Shown here: positions 28,836 through 40,800 of the stretch, in pieces
How positions within the stretch are numbered: the stretch's first letter is position 1
Layout: each line of letters opens with the position of its first letter
Assembly: GCF_006345805.1 (NCBI RefSeq)
Contig: NC_043000.1
Location: 44,578,001 to 44,642,000, forward strand
Direction of reading: 5' to 3'
DNA from: Octopus sinensis
Taxonomy: Eukaryota
DNA: 64,000 nucleotides
The notes under the pieces: model-generated
The model's database searches: none
What the model saw: only the letters and a program-made list of their open reading frames with translations
Told to the model about the DNA's origin: nothing
Made by a program: the position numbers and the translations under genes

Positions 28836-28953
28836 GGATCGCAGTTTCCGATTCTCGAGCGTTGCGAATGTTTATTGGTTTATTGAGCAAAAACATCTAA
28901 AGCTCCACGAAGCTCCGGCTGGGGGTGGTGGCGCCCCCTCCTGTACAAGATTA
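28836..28953 (+). mobile_element. SINE family B-related fragment
   Basis: ggatcgcagtttccgattc (B-box region)...gtttattgagcaaaaacatctaaagctccacgaagctccggctgggggtggtg, homologous to the full-length copy at 49236-49541. Confidence 0.75.
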
Positions 28954-28990
28954 GGCGCAGGAGTGGCTGTGTGGTAAGTAGCTTGCTTAA
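28954..28990 (+). mobile_element. SINE family A head only, interrupted
   Basis: ggcgcaggagtggctgtgtggtaagtagcttgcttaa matches the family A 5' end and stops abruptly at TTAA. Confidence 0.85.
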
Positions 28991-29650
28991 GAGCGGCTCA
29001 TGCGTCGCTAGTTGGCCTGTTACTTACAGAGAGAGAAGACGCGAGCTTTGGCTCCGTGAATAGAAAAAAACGAAAAGAAAAGTCGTCAAAGTGAGACGTT
29101 TTTTTTGTCTTCCAAGCTGGGTAGGAATTTATTGTGTATTTTCTTTTTTTTTCAGTAAGTCCCTACCTAGCTCCGGGGTGATTTCGTCTGCCTTGGCGGC
29201 TTTAAATTGTAGCTCGCTCTAGTGAGCAAAAATACTGTGTTCTCGTCGCCATAACGGTAGACTGAGAATTTTTTGTAAACTTCTTTCGCGTAAACGCCTG
29301 TGTGGAATTTTTCGCCAAATAACTTGTACATTCTGGTGGGTGTATTTCGTTAGAAAAAGTGGCACTCAGTGGAGTTTACCTAACTGGAGTACTATCGAGA
29401 AGAACCCTGACTGTTGTATTTAGCTGTTAGAGTATTATACAGAGCCCTGTCCTATTTGTATGCAGTTTTCTTTTTATCTCTTCTTTTCTAATATTTTCCC
29501 TTTCTCACTAAGTTTCGGTTCATTCTTTTTCTCATTATTTTAATTTCAGTTTTTTTACCTTCTCTTTTATATTGTTTTCCTTTATTTAATTTCGGTTTTA
29601 ATTTTTGGTGGACTGCTTTTGTGAACTGCTTTTTTTTGGGACATGTGAGA
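28991..29650. other. Unclassified, relatively CpG-rich segment (possible left end of a TTAA-targeting DNA transposon, or a LINE 5' UTR)
   Basis: Starts TTAA|GAGCGGCTCATGCGTCGC, interrupting a SINE head, and runs directly into the AT-rich array. No ORF and no matching right end found. Confidence 0.35.
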
Positions 29651-29652
29651 GA

Positions 29653-29858
29653 TGTTTGATAAGTTTTTGGAAAATTTTCATCAAAATTTTTGAAAATATT
29701 TTGAAAATTTTCGTCATGATTTTTGGAAAGTTTTGAAAAGTACTTTGAAAATTTTAATCAAAAGTTTTGAAAATATTTTGAAAATTTTCATCAAAATTTT
29801 TGAAAACTTTCTGAATAACTTCATCAAAATTTTGGAAAGATTTTTGAATATTTTCATC
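29653..29858. repeat. AT-rich ~34-bp minisatellite, segment 1
   Basis: Repeats of gaaaattttcat-caaaattttt-gaaaagtttttt. Confidence 0.95.
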
Positions 29859-30345
29859 CTGGAAGGAATTGTGCCAAATTTTGGCATTGTAAGCTACACC
29901 AATGCTAGAACGGGATGACACAGCATAGTGCCAAAGATCCCAGCAATGTCATCATGCTTCAGGACCAGCTTCTGCAACAGCCTGGGTTTCAAGGGCCCTC
30001 AGCTTTTTATTAATCTCCCAAAGAGTCTGAGGAATTTGCACAAAGTGGATGTAGCGGTTTTATAATCAAAGCTGGACATCTTCCTGTCAAGAGTAATTTG
30101 TACAGAAGGGGGTTCCACCACCCCCAGCCGGAGCTTCGTGGAGCTTTAGATCTTTTTGCTCAATAAACCAATAAACATTCGCAACGCTTGAGAATCGGAA
30201 GAGGTGCAAATGAGAGTAGCTATATCAAACTACCATTCTTCAACAAGTGCCACATATTAGACGAGGTTCGTCGTAATAACAGTGTAGCACAAAACGGCGG
30301 TGCAAGAGCATGGCCGCAGCTCTGAGCTGAAACTAGAAAAAAAAA
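29859..30345 (+). mobile_element. 5'-truncated CR1/L2-type LINE (second subfamily) inserted in the minisatellite
   Basis: ILEGIVPNFGIVSYTNARTG...SFCNSLGFKGPQLFINLPKSLRNLHKVDV...KLDIFLSRV and EVQMRVAISN align with the C-terminus of the LINE at 45.7-47.8 kb. Ends with the tail motif at 30296-30333 and an A-rich run. Confidence 0.8.
30094..30200 (-). mobile_element. SINE family B-related fragment embedded in the LINE
   Basis: Reverse complement is near-identical to 28846-28953. Confidence 0.8.
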
Positions 30346-32290
30346 GAAAAAGTTTTTTGAAAAGTCTTCTCAAAATTTTCACCAAAATTTTTGAAAATTT
30401 TATTGAAAATTTTGATCAAAATTTTTGAAAGATTTTTGAATATTTTCATCAATATTTTTGAAAATTTTTTCGAAACATTCATCAAGATTTTTGAAATTTT
30501 CATTAATAGTTTTGGAAATTTTCTGAAAATTTTTATCAAAATGTTTGAAAAGTTTTTTTAAATTTTCATCAAAATTTTTGAAAAAGTTTTGAGAAAATTT
30601 TTCTGAAAATTTTCATCAAAATTTTGGAAATTTTTCTGAAAAAATCAAAATTTTTGAAAACTTTTCTGACAATTTTTCATCAAAATTGTGGAGAATATTT
30701 TGAAAATTTTCATCAAAATGTTCAAAAAGTTTTTTGAAAATTTTCATCAAAATTTTTGAAAAGTTTTTTGAAACTTTTCATCAGAATTTTTGAAAATATT
30801 TTGAAAATTTTCATCATGATTTTTGAAGAGTTTTTTTGAAAATTTTCATCAAATGTTTGAAAAGGTTTTTGAAAAAATTTTTCTGAAAACTTTGGAAAAT
30901 TTCTGAAAATCTTTGGAAAATTTCTGAAAACTTTGGAAAATTTCTGAAAATCTTTAGAGAATTTTCATCAAGATTTTTGAAATTTTCTGAAAATTTTCAT
31001 CAAAATTTTTGAAAATTTTCATTAAAATTTTGGAAACTTTTTTGAAAATTTTCATCAATATTTTTGAAATGAATTTTGAAAATTTTCATCAAAATCTTTC
31101 AAAAATTTTTTTGAAAGTTTTCATCAAAATGTTTGAAAAGTTTTTTGAAACTTTTGATCAATATTTTTGAAAACTTTCTGAAAATTTTTGAAAATTTTAC
31201 TGAAAATTTAAAACAAAATTTTTGATAATTCATTTGAAAATTTTCATCAAAATGTTTGAAAAGTTTTTGAAAATTTCATTAAAATTTTGGAAAGATTTTT
31301 AAATATATTCAAAAATATTTGGAAATATTTTGGAAAATTTCATCTTGGTTTTTGAAAAGTTTTTTGAAAATTTTCATCAAAATATTTGAAAAGATTTTGA
31401 AAATTTTCATTAAAATTTTGGTAAGATTTTAAAAATATTTTCAAAAATAAGTTTGGCAAGTTTTTTGAAAATTGTCACCAAAATTTTTGAAAATTGTATT
31501 GAAAATTTCCATCAAAGTTTTTGAAAATTTTCATCAAAATTTTGAAAAAAGTTTGAAAATTTTCATCATCATTTTTGAAAAGTTTTTTGAAAATTTTCAT
31601 CAAATTTTAAAATTTTCATCATGATTTTTGAAAAGTTTGGTTAAAATTTTCCTCAAAATTTTGGAAAGTTTATTGAAAATTTTCATCAAAATTTTGGCAA
31701 ATTTTTCGAAAATTTCCATCAAAATGTTTGTAAAGATTTTTTTAACTTTTCATCAAAATTTTGGAAAATATTTTGAAAAGTTTCATCATGATTTTTGTAA
31801 AAGTTTTGTTAAAATTTTCATCAAAAGTTTGGAAAGTTTATTGAAAATTTACATCAAAATTTTAGAAAACTTTTTGAAAATTTTCATGAAAATATTTGAA
31901 AAGTTTTTTGAAACTTTTCATCAAAAGTTTTGAAAATATTTTGAATATTTTCATCATGATGATTTTTGAAAAGTGTTTTGAAAATTTTCGTCAAAATGTT
32001 TATTTTAATCATAATTTTGAAAAGTTTTTTGAAAAGTTTTTTGAAAAGTTTTTTGAAAAGTTTTTTGAAAAGTCTTTTGAAAATTTTCATCAACATTTTT
32101 GAAAATTTTCTGAAAATTTTGATCAAAAGTTTTAGAAATTTTCTGAAAAGTTTTCATCAAAATTTTTGGAAAATTAATCAAAATTTTGAAAATTTGTTGA
32201 AAATTTTCATCAAGATATTTGAAAATTTTTTGAAAATTTTCCCCAAAAATTTTTGAAAATATTTTCCAAAAGTTTTTTATAATTTTTATT
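30346..32290. repeat. AT-rich ~34-bp minisatellite, segment 2 (roughly 55-60 degenerate units)
   Basis: Continuous degenerate repeats of 10-12-bp A4T4-core palindromic subunits. It produces the FLKIF-type ORFs in the track. Confidence 0.95.
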
Positions 32291-32320
32291 AAAAGGGAGG
32301 TAAAAGAAAATTATAATTAT

Positions 32321-33097
32321 TACATTTCAAGAAAAGTCCTCCATTGTAACGATCTTTTCAGATAAATAGATCTTCACTGTCGATGCTGTTCTGAACAGCA
32401 GAAATGACAGATTTATCGCAAAACCAACAGCTGAGGTTAAGGGGACATGCAAAACAAAGATCCTGCTCAAGTTATGGCTTTTGGTGTTGTGGCTTCCGAT
32501 GGAAAGTAAATGCCTATACAGTTCTACAAAGCTAATGAAAAGATCAATGTTTATACTTACTACAACACTCTGAGGTACCAGGTATTGCCATGGCTTAAAG
32601 CAAACCACCCAGATGGTAAATATGTATGGACACAGGATGGTGATCCAGCCCACACAACTACAAAAATACAAGTTTTCTGCAAATCCAACTTTAGCAATTT
32701 GGGGGAATCATGTTTATGGCCGCATTCAACCCCAGATCTAAACCCTATGGATTATGCTATTTGGAGCGCTTTAGAACATCCAATTGAACATACCAATAGG
32801 ACGCTTTAGAACATACCAATAGAACATCACACAGCAATGTCGACTCTCTTAAAGGTACTATTAAAGAAGAATGGGAGAAGTTTTCTCCCGAATATTTGAG
32901 GAACACCTGTGCAAGTTTCAGGAAGCGTGTGAAGGCAGTTATTGAGAAAGAAGGAGGGCACATAGAATAAAAATATTTTCTATTATGTAAATTGTCTTGT
33001 GGCAAATAAATTCTCAATACTTTCAATAAACATATTGGTCATACTCTGTCTTTCAATCCCTGCTTCAAAATATTGTATATTTTGCTTCCCAACCCTG
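32321..33097 (+). mobile_element. Tc1/mariner DD37D (maT/mori-type) element, 3' half
   Basis: IFSDK*IFTVDAVLNSRNDR, QVMAFGVVASDGK, WTQDGDPAH...WPHSTPDLNPMDYAIW with 37 residues between D2 and D3, C-terminus EGGHIE*, and right TIR ending ...caaccctg|TA at 33097. The 5' half is absent. Confidence 0.88.
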
Positions 33098-33219
33098 TAT
33101 ATATATATATTCAAATGTGAATTAGAAGCAGGTATTATCGGTTTCTTTCTCCGAATCTCTAAGTTACAGGGATGTAGGGAAACCGAAAACCGGTTATTAG
33201 GCTGTCATGAAGGACATAT

Positions 33220-33462
33220 ACAAGCACAAATACATCAAATACACCCAAGCACACACACAGATGTGTGTACACACGCACACGCACACACAGACACATACAC
33301 ACACAAAGAGCTTCTTTTTGTTCCCGTCTATCAGGCCCACCTCGCAAGGATTTGGTGTTCGGAGGTATGGTAGAAAACACTTACCCACAATGACAAGTAG
33401 TGATACTGGACACGGATCTACAAGGTTGGGAAGTGATCCTCTTCCCACAAAGCCATGCCTAC
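33220..33462 (-). mobile_element. Old, degenerate SINE family A-like copy
   Basis: Minus strand reads aggcatggctttgtgggaagagg...ttgtgggtaagtgttttctaccatacc, followed by (TG)n. Confidence 0.6.
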
Positions 33463-34570
33463 ACCAATATATAACAGTATAATTTCTTACTGGTATAGTA
33501 TTGTAAGCGTTTTCCCGCTTATATTTAAAGCGACAAGTCTCTTATAGATACGTACGTTGGTCATATACAAAGAATTGCATCACGGCTGAGGCAAAAATAT
33601 GTCGATCATTTATCCTGTCACTGGAATCGATTAACCGTTACATCCACATGCATCATAGATTTTATTAATGCCATCAGTTATACATTGGTATATATGTATG
33701 TAAGGGAGTCCCTCGCTGTCTGTTTTTGAGTCAATATTACTTCTACTTAATGCATGTGGTGTTTAGTTTTCTGATCAAAATGGAAAAAAGAAGAGAGTAG
33801 CCAATAAATGTTTTACGTATATTTAAACAGATATAAGAAATGAATAAGAATATATTTCGAAAATGTGAATTTCACATTTATATTTGGCTACACTTTATAT
33901 ATGTACAGATACAAATAGGTTTAAGCTGTATATAATTTTCAGATGTCAGTTGATAGTGTATTACTTCATACACTCAAGGAATGTGGAACAAAATTCGTGA
34001 CGCCGTAGGTGAATCACCTCACTACCACCCTCTGTCCTATCACGTAGATTCACTTTGTTTACTTAATGACAAATGGTTTACCCTTTATATTTTGATTTTG
34101 TTTTAATTGCATTAAATGCTGAGTTATAAAATATATTCAGTTTGCCATCACAACACAATTTCTGTCAGTGGGTGTACTTTAAAGCTAAGGTTCTTAAATG
34201 GTGTCTCTAAACAGAATGCAAACCAAAACATGGTTAATAGCTTTTTTCTTGACTGTATATTCATTAGAATATTGCGTATAATATATTTAACCCTACATTA
34301 ACGAAACAATACCAATCTTACTGAGATTTCAAATCTATTGGAAAGTAGATGATGTAATGCTGTGAAACAAATCAAGAAGTTTCATATTCCAAGTGGGAAG
34401 ATACCAAATAAGAGCTGGATATTGTCTAACATGTATAACACCATAGTTTGAAAAACAAATGCACTTTATTATCACCATCATCAGTAGTATAGCTCAACCG
34501 TTTACAAATGGTAGTTTCCTGAACGTATTGCTTATTGTTTACTAAATTTGTTCTGTATCTTTACCAAAAT

Positions 34571-34770
34571 AGTTTTTCTAAACAATGGCATGTTCATTAC
34601 ATTTATAAGTGAATTCATAGTCATGTAGTTATGACGTTCTCTGCTTGACTGCATTCTTTGCAAACAGCGGTCACTTCATCACATTTATAAGAACATACAT
34701 AGTCATGTACTTAGGACTTTGGCTGCTTCACCGAATTTTCTCTAGACAGAAGCATGTTCAGGATATTTAA
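34571..34770. repeat. Degenerate tandem repeat, 82-bp period, ~2.4 copies
   Basis: Units start at 34571, 34653 and 34735. The core acatttataag...catagtcatgta recurs at 34599 and 34681. Confidence 0.75.
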
Positions 34771-36979
34771 TCCAGATTCAAGTTCTTCACAATTTTATTT
34801 CACACTCCTGTGATTCTCCGTTCGATCTCATTGCACAGCATCTTGGTCAGTTGTTTATTTCCATGGCAATGAACCTTCGACCGCCGGGTAGGATATGAAT
34901 GAAACTATTTATTTTGAAAAATGGCGACTATTTCATTATTTTATTTAACACCACAACCTTGTCCAGTGTCTTCAAGTCATGCTATAAAGCATTATCGTAG
35001 CGCCTTCCCCACTCTTCACTTGCACATTAGGAGTCCCTTCGATATTCATCCAATCAATCTACGAAATTAATAAGTATCAGAATATATATACAAGTTGAAG
35101 TCACTATTTATATCAACAATGACAAGATATACAATTAAATATATTACATTGTATATCTCTTCATTGTGAAAATACAGACTATTTGTTAAATGCATTAATA
35201 ACACTAGTTTTAGATAATAAGATGTCAAATCCTCTTGTATGAATTAATTATGAATCTTTCACGTTCACTTTGGACGTATCTATACACTTTCAAGTCGACT
35301 TATAATTACCGTGGAAGCGTATTTCTTGTGTGGTTTCTGTCATCATTTCAAATTTAATATCTAAGATTCATAGTTCTCCTGAGCAGAAATATATTGGCAG
35401 AAACTCATTATTTGTGTGTTTTGGCTGATTTCATATTTTATATTATAGTTTGCAGTCATATTTTATATTGTAGGTGTAGGGAAGAGTAATGGGGAGAGAA
35501 AGATTGTGGTAAGAATATAAGGAGGAGTACAATGAGTAGCGTAAATGAAGAAAGACGGTGAGTGAATTAAGACATATAAAAGAACTCTAGCAACAAGCAC
35601 AAGAGCAAGAATTGTAACAACATCAACGATAGGAAATTAGTCAGGACAGAAACAGATTTTTAAAAAGCGAATAGAAGTGTCAATCATATCAGCAAATAAT
35701 TCTCTTCCAGAAGAAAATCATCATTCGATAAATATGTTTAATTGACGTGAAACATGTCAAGAGAGCCTATGCTGTTTTAGAATTGTATATTTAAGCAAAT
35801 AGATGAGCTGGTAATCTAGAGACCGAAGTTCAGTTGGAGTGATACGAGTGAAGTTGTGAGATAATTAAGCTCCGAAGAAAGAGTTGTGCTGACACTATAT
35901 AAAAAATTAAGCAAGTGTTTTCTATAACTTCAAACTGAGGCAAGGCTCTGTGTGACATCTACTGAAGCTGTAAAAGTGAAATTAAGTCTCATGAAACTGC
36001 AAATCATTACGGATGAAATGGACTTGTTTAAAACTGCTAGACTTAATGTATCATCTGGTTCAATACCCACAACTGACTCACGGTTGCTTTTAGCACACTC
36101 ACTTTGTTGCAAGTATTCGGAATGAGTCTGCTGTATGAAGATAATTTGGTGTTTTCATACAATTTTTCCCACTTTAAACTATGATTCGAGATGAATTCCT
36201 TCCTTTAATCCCGCTATTCACGAGCACAACGTAAAGTACTTTGTACATCATCATTCATCCTCGAAAAAAGCCAAATGTCTTATAAAGAAGATGTCATAAA
36301 AGCATCGAGTAATTAGGGAAGAGCTAAAAAAGTGCTCTAAGTATTTTTGTTTCTTTTTAACGATGGTGCATGGGATTAAACATGTAAAAGGTTTATAAAT
36401 GTCATGTTTGCGTTAAATAATCACCATGTATTTTACTCTAAACTGGCCACTGCATCAACTCTAAATATACTTAGTAAAATCAACTAAGTTCAATTAATAT
36501 AGTGTAATTTCGTATTATGTACTTTGAACATACAATTATTGCATTATAACTAACTGTATGTGACTAAGTTACTTAACCTCTATGATTTCCCTTCTAGCAA
36601 ATATTCTCGCCCATCTGATCTTGCTCTAGATTTCCCTTTATGTAATTCATGTTCCAGACATCCCTATTGCCACAAAATATTTCATAGTACGCACACATGT
36701 GTGTATGTGCGTGTGTGCGCGCGCACACACTCTCACACATACATGTATACTTGTATGTACGTTTGTATGTATGTATGTGTGTATGTATGTATGTTTGTAT
36801 GTATGTATGTTTGTCTGTATGTATGTGTGTATGTAAGTTGTTTATTATGTTAAAGTGACGAAACTGTTTTCACTGTTAATGGGATTATTAGATGAAACTA
36901 TTATGCAGCATCTTTCGGATTCACCATTAATCTTTCATATATGTGTGCAAAATATTCTAATGTGTTCGCACGCATGCGC

Positions 36980-37016
36980 TTGGATTTAGTAGACAGAAAC
37001 TGGAAGAAGCCCGCCG

Positions 37017-37103
<87 letters not shown>

Positions 37104-37312
37104 ATGTTTGTGTGTCTATGTTTGTCCCATCCCACTATCACCTGACAACAGATGCTGGTGTGTTTAAGTACCCGTAACATAGCGGTTCAGCAAACGAGCC
37201 CGATACAATATGTACTAGGCTTACACAGAATAAGCTCTGGGGTCGATTTGCTTGACTGAAGGTGGTGCTCCATCAAGATCGAAGCCAAATGACTGAAACA
37301 AGTAAAAAAGTA
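36980..37312 (+). mobile_element. SINE family A, 5'-truncated
   Basis: ggatttagtagacagaaactggaagaagcccgccg-(TA)n(TG)n-body, and tail aaggtggtgctcc...aaatgactgaaacaagtaaaa. Confidence 0.85.
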
Positions 37313-37797
37313 TTGAAAATACGTTCAGTCCTTCGGATGCAGCATGCTTATTTCAGAGCTGTTTAGTTGTTTCTAAACATTTCTGCCGTATTTGAATAAA
37401 CAATACAGTTTGTATATAAAAAGACAGAAGAAACTAATACAGTTCCATCAGCAGAAAACGTTCTTTACAAACATGTAACTAATGAATTGAGATAACAATA
37501 AATCACACTTGGCAATATAAGGAAGAGAATCAGTTTAATTAAAAGACTTTAGATTTACCTCCAGTGCCTCTAGACATATTTTTATGTCCGTGCCTATGTA
37601 TGCGTGGACCAGTGAAGGCTAAAACGGAAAATAAAGAGAATATAAATGCCTGAAAGATAAAGAAATTAATTACAAATACGTTCACAACAATACGCACTTA
37701 GGAAAGTCATTAATACAGATAGTGGCATACCATGTTTCTTTTGCTAAATAATCCTCCTCATATACACCTACACGCATGCATGTATCTATACATACAT

Positions 37798-37855
<58 letters not shown>

Positions 37856-40800
37856 TATATATGCCTACACGGTAACACATGCATACATAAACTTAAACTT
37901 ACACAAATACACTTATAGTTCAAATGATGTTCTTTGTAGGACGTATCCATACTGAAAATTATACTGAACACTTGACAATATAACAGCTCAAGCAATGGTG
38001 TCAGAGTTGCATTTGTAATCGCTTCGACCCCTGAACTATGATACGTTCCAGTTATAGCCAGTTTATTCTACTGTAGTTTTGGTCCACCAAAACGTGTGAG
38101 GAAATGCTATAGAAGTAACCCAAATGAAATCTGTTGCTCAAGAAGGACATGGCCACTAAATTTGTTGCGCTTTACTACCGAAGTTATTTTGTTGTTGCTA
38201 CCTGTTATCTCCATTCGAATGATAGTTTTTCAGTGCATGTGTTATCTAATCCCTGGAAAAACTGAATAATATCTAGTCTACTTCGTGCTAGGAACAAAAC
38301 ACGAATATACGAAGGAGAAAAGTGATCTAAAATTATAAGTGATAGCAAAACGTATACACTTATCACATAAGGATATACAGTCACGCACATAAACATACAT
38401 AAAATGATACACAACACACACATATATATACACAAAGAACGTACATAGACTCACACATACACATACAGAGAATACACATATACACATAACCTAAGAGTGT
38501 AATAAGAGCTAATAAGAAAAGTGCAGGAGTAATCAGTAAGACTATTTAAGTTTAATGAAAAGAAATTTGGACATTTTAGAAGAGGAAACGTTTCATCTCT
38601 CGAATTTAAGATAGAACCGTTCATTTTCATAATTATATAAGACTCTTCAAGGCATAAAAAGCACGATCTATTTCTAATCCTACAAGGGGGCAAAATAATC
38701 AATATTCCAAGAAATTGAGAAATTTATATTGTCTCTTTAAAGTTGCGATAACCTTTTGGATAAACTAGTACTATTTTCTTTCCGAGGATCAGTAAAATAT
38801 GATTTATGATTATTCAAATATAATGTAAGAGGAGTTGCGAGCAGCCTATATAATGAAACCTAGAGAGATCATGTGTTGTGATAGTAGCTTATTTAGGATT
38901 ATATCTTTCCTTAACAATAGAAAACTAAATCTTTACTACAAGAATTAACCCCTCTAATACTTATACTAAACCCAATTATTCAAATAGCTCAGTATCTTCC
39001 TCACAACCTCTTCCTCTATCAACACACATGCACATAACAATAATACACCTAATATTAGTAACAATTATAATTATAGAAACCCTAACACCTATGAGGTTAA
39101 TGGTAATTGTCAAATGAAAAATGTTGTATATCAGCTTTGACTAAACACGTTCACTCAAGAACTTTTAATCAATTTACACTGGATATATTCATCTCAGTAT
39201 ATATTTTCTTCCAATACGTCTACATGACTGCATTTCCGAAACTATTTAACATTCCACCAAAATTATTAAAATAGAAAAGAAAGGAAACTCAAATATATAT
39301 TGAGCACGAACCTATAAGTATCTATTATACTTGTATATTTCGATGTGCTTTTATTGGTCGTCGCCTTTTACTTCTTACAACCATAGAAATGGTTCAATAT
39401 GCTTATCTACTCAACCTCACATGCATGGAAAAGTAAATATAAAAACTATTTCTAAAGGAAAATAATTGAAATAATGAGAAATGTTATATTGGGTTTAAAT
39501 CTACTAACATATATTCTTGGTTTATATTCCTTTGTCAGTACTGCGCAATTTTTTCAGTACAAAAATTATTGGACCCGTAAAGTTTGATTTATTATTGTTT
39601 ATGGCACACTAATATTATTAGCAGTGCGAAGTGCAACGGTTAGGTTTGTAATCAATAATACAAATGTTAAGAATATTAAACCGAGTTTTGTCACCTAACA
39701 TAGCTATGAAAGGTAATTTTTTTTATCGAATACACAATTAATAAAATATAGGAAAAACACTATGAAAAATTTCATGAATACATAAATAACTACAGAGACT
39801 ACCAATAAAATTATATAGAGCAAAGTGAGTGAAGAATATATCGTATTATATATGAAAAAGAAATAGCACAAATCTTTCTTATACACGAAGACACATACTA
39901 TGCTGTAATACACACACACACACACACACACACATACAATGTATAAATCATTGAACTAAACACTACAATTTAGCTAATAGCATTTCTTTGCTAGTTTTCA
40001 TTTTAGTAGCGTTTTTGTTTTTGCTTTCTTTATACTGAAGAATTGTAGTAATATCTACCGTGATACTTATCGGCCATCCCGTATTGTTGAGATCAATATA
40101 ATTTATTCTTAAATTACACGTCAGACATTTGATATTTATGGAGAAAACTTCAGACATACATTTCAAGAGCTCCAAATACTGAAAATGAAGAGTTGGAAAT
40201 GAAGAGTTTTAATGTTGTATCTCATTCTACAACACAATATAAGTAACTTTGTATGAGAGAGACATTTTTGATGAGTGCAACGTGATAGAAGTCGTTGTCT
40301 ACGTACTACTGACAAGTTATGTAGAACACGTAATATCAAAAGTATAATAGTTTTTGCACGTTTGGGCTTAAGTTTTGGAGTTGCAGCCAGGGCATTTTAA
40401 ATTCTCCCAGAATGTTAGCGTTAATACCGTTAAATACCATTTCATCTCCAATGAATCTGATTATCGGATTAGTGAACTCTAACATCTTAAGAACGGTAAT
40501 TACAGTTTGACTAATAATTAAAGAAATTCAAGTGACCCTGTGAACTCTTTCTTGTGGGTTCTACTCCATATCAAATAAGATTGAGGTAGATCAACCGTTC
40601 CATATATATAACATTAATATGCAGAAAATATGAGTCTGTAGAGTATATGCTGAAGTGCTTACTTGGCTCAAAATGGAATAACTTCTAGATCGCAGTCTTA
40701 AGTATATTACATACCCGTGGATAATTCGGAAGAACCACGTATTTGTTTTAATGTATTTGTTTATAATAAAGATATAAATTTTTACAAATATTTTGATCAG

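Noticed and set aside
29653-32290. Possible CRISPR-like array, and multiple 60-100 aa ORFs (FLKIFIKIL...) on both strands
   Set aside because: No unique spacers and no cas genes; eukaryotic context. The ORFs are translations of the AT-rich tandem repeat.
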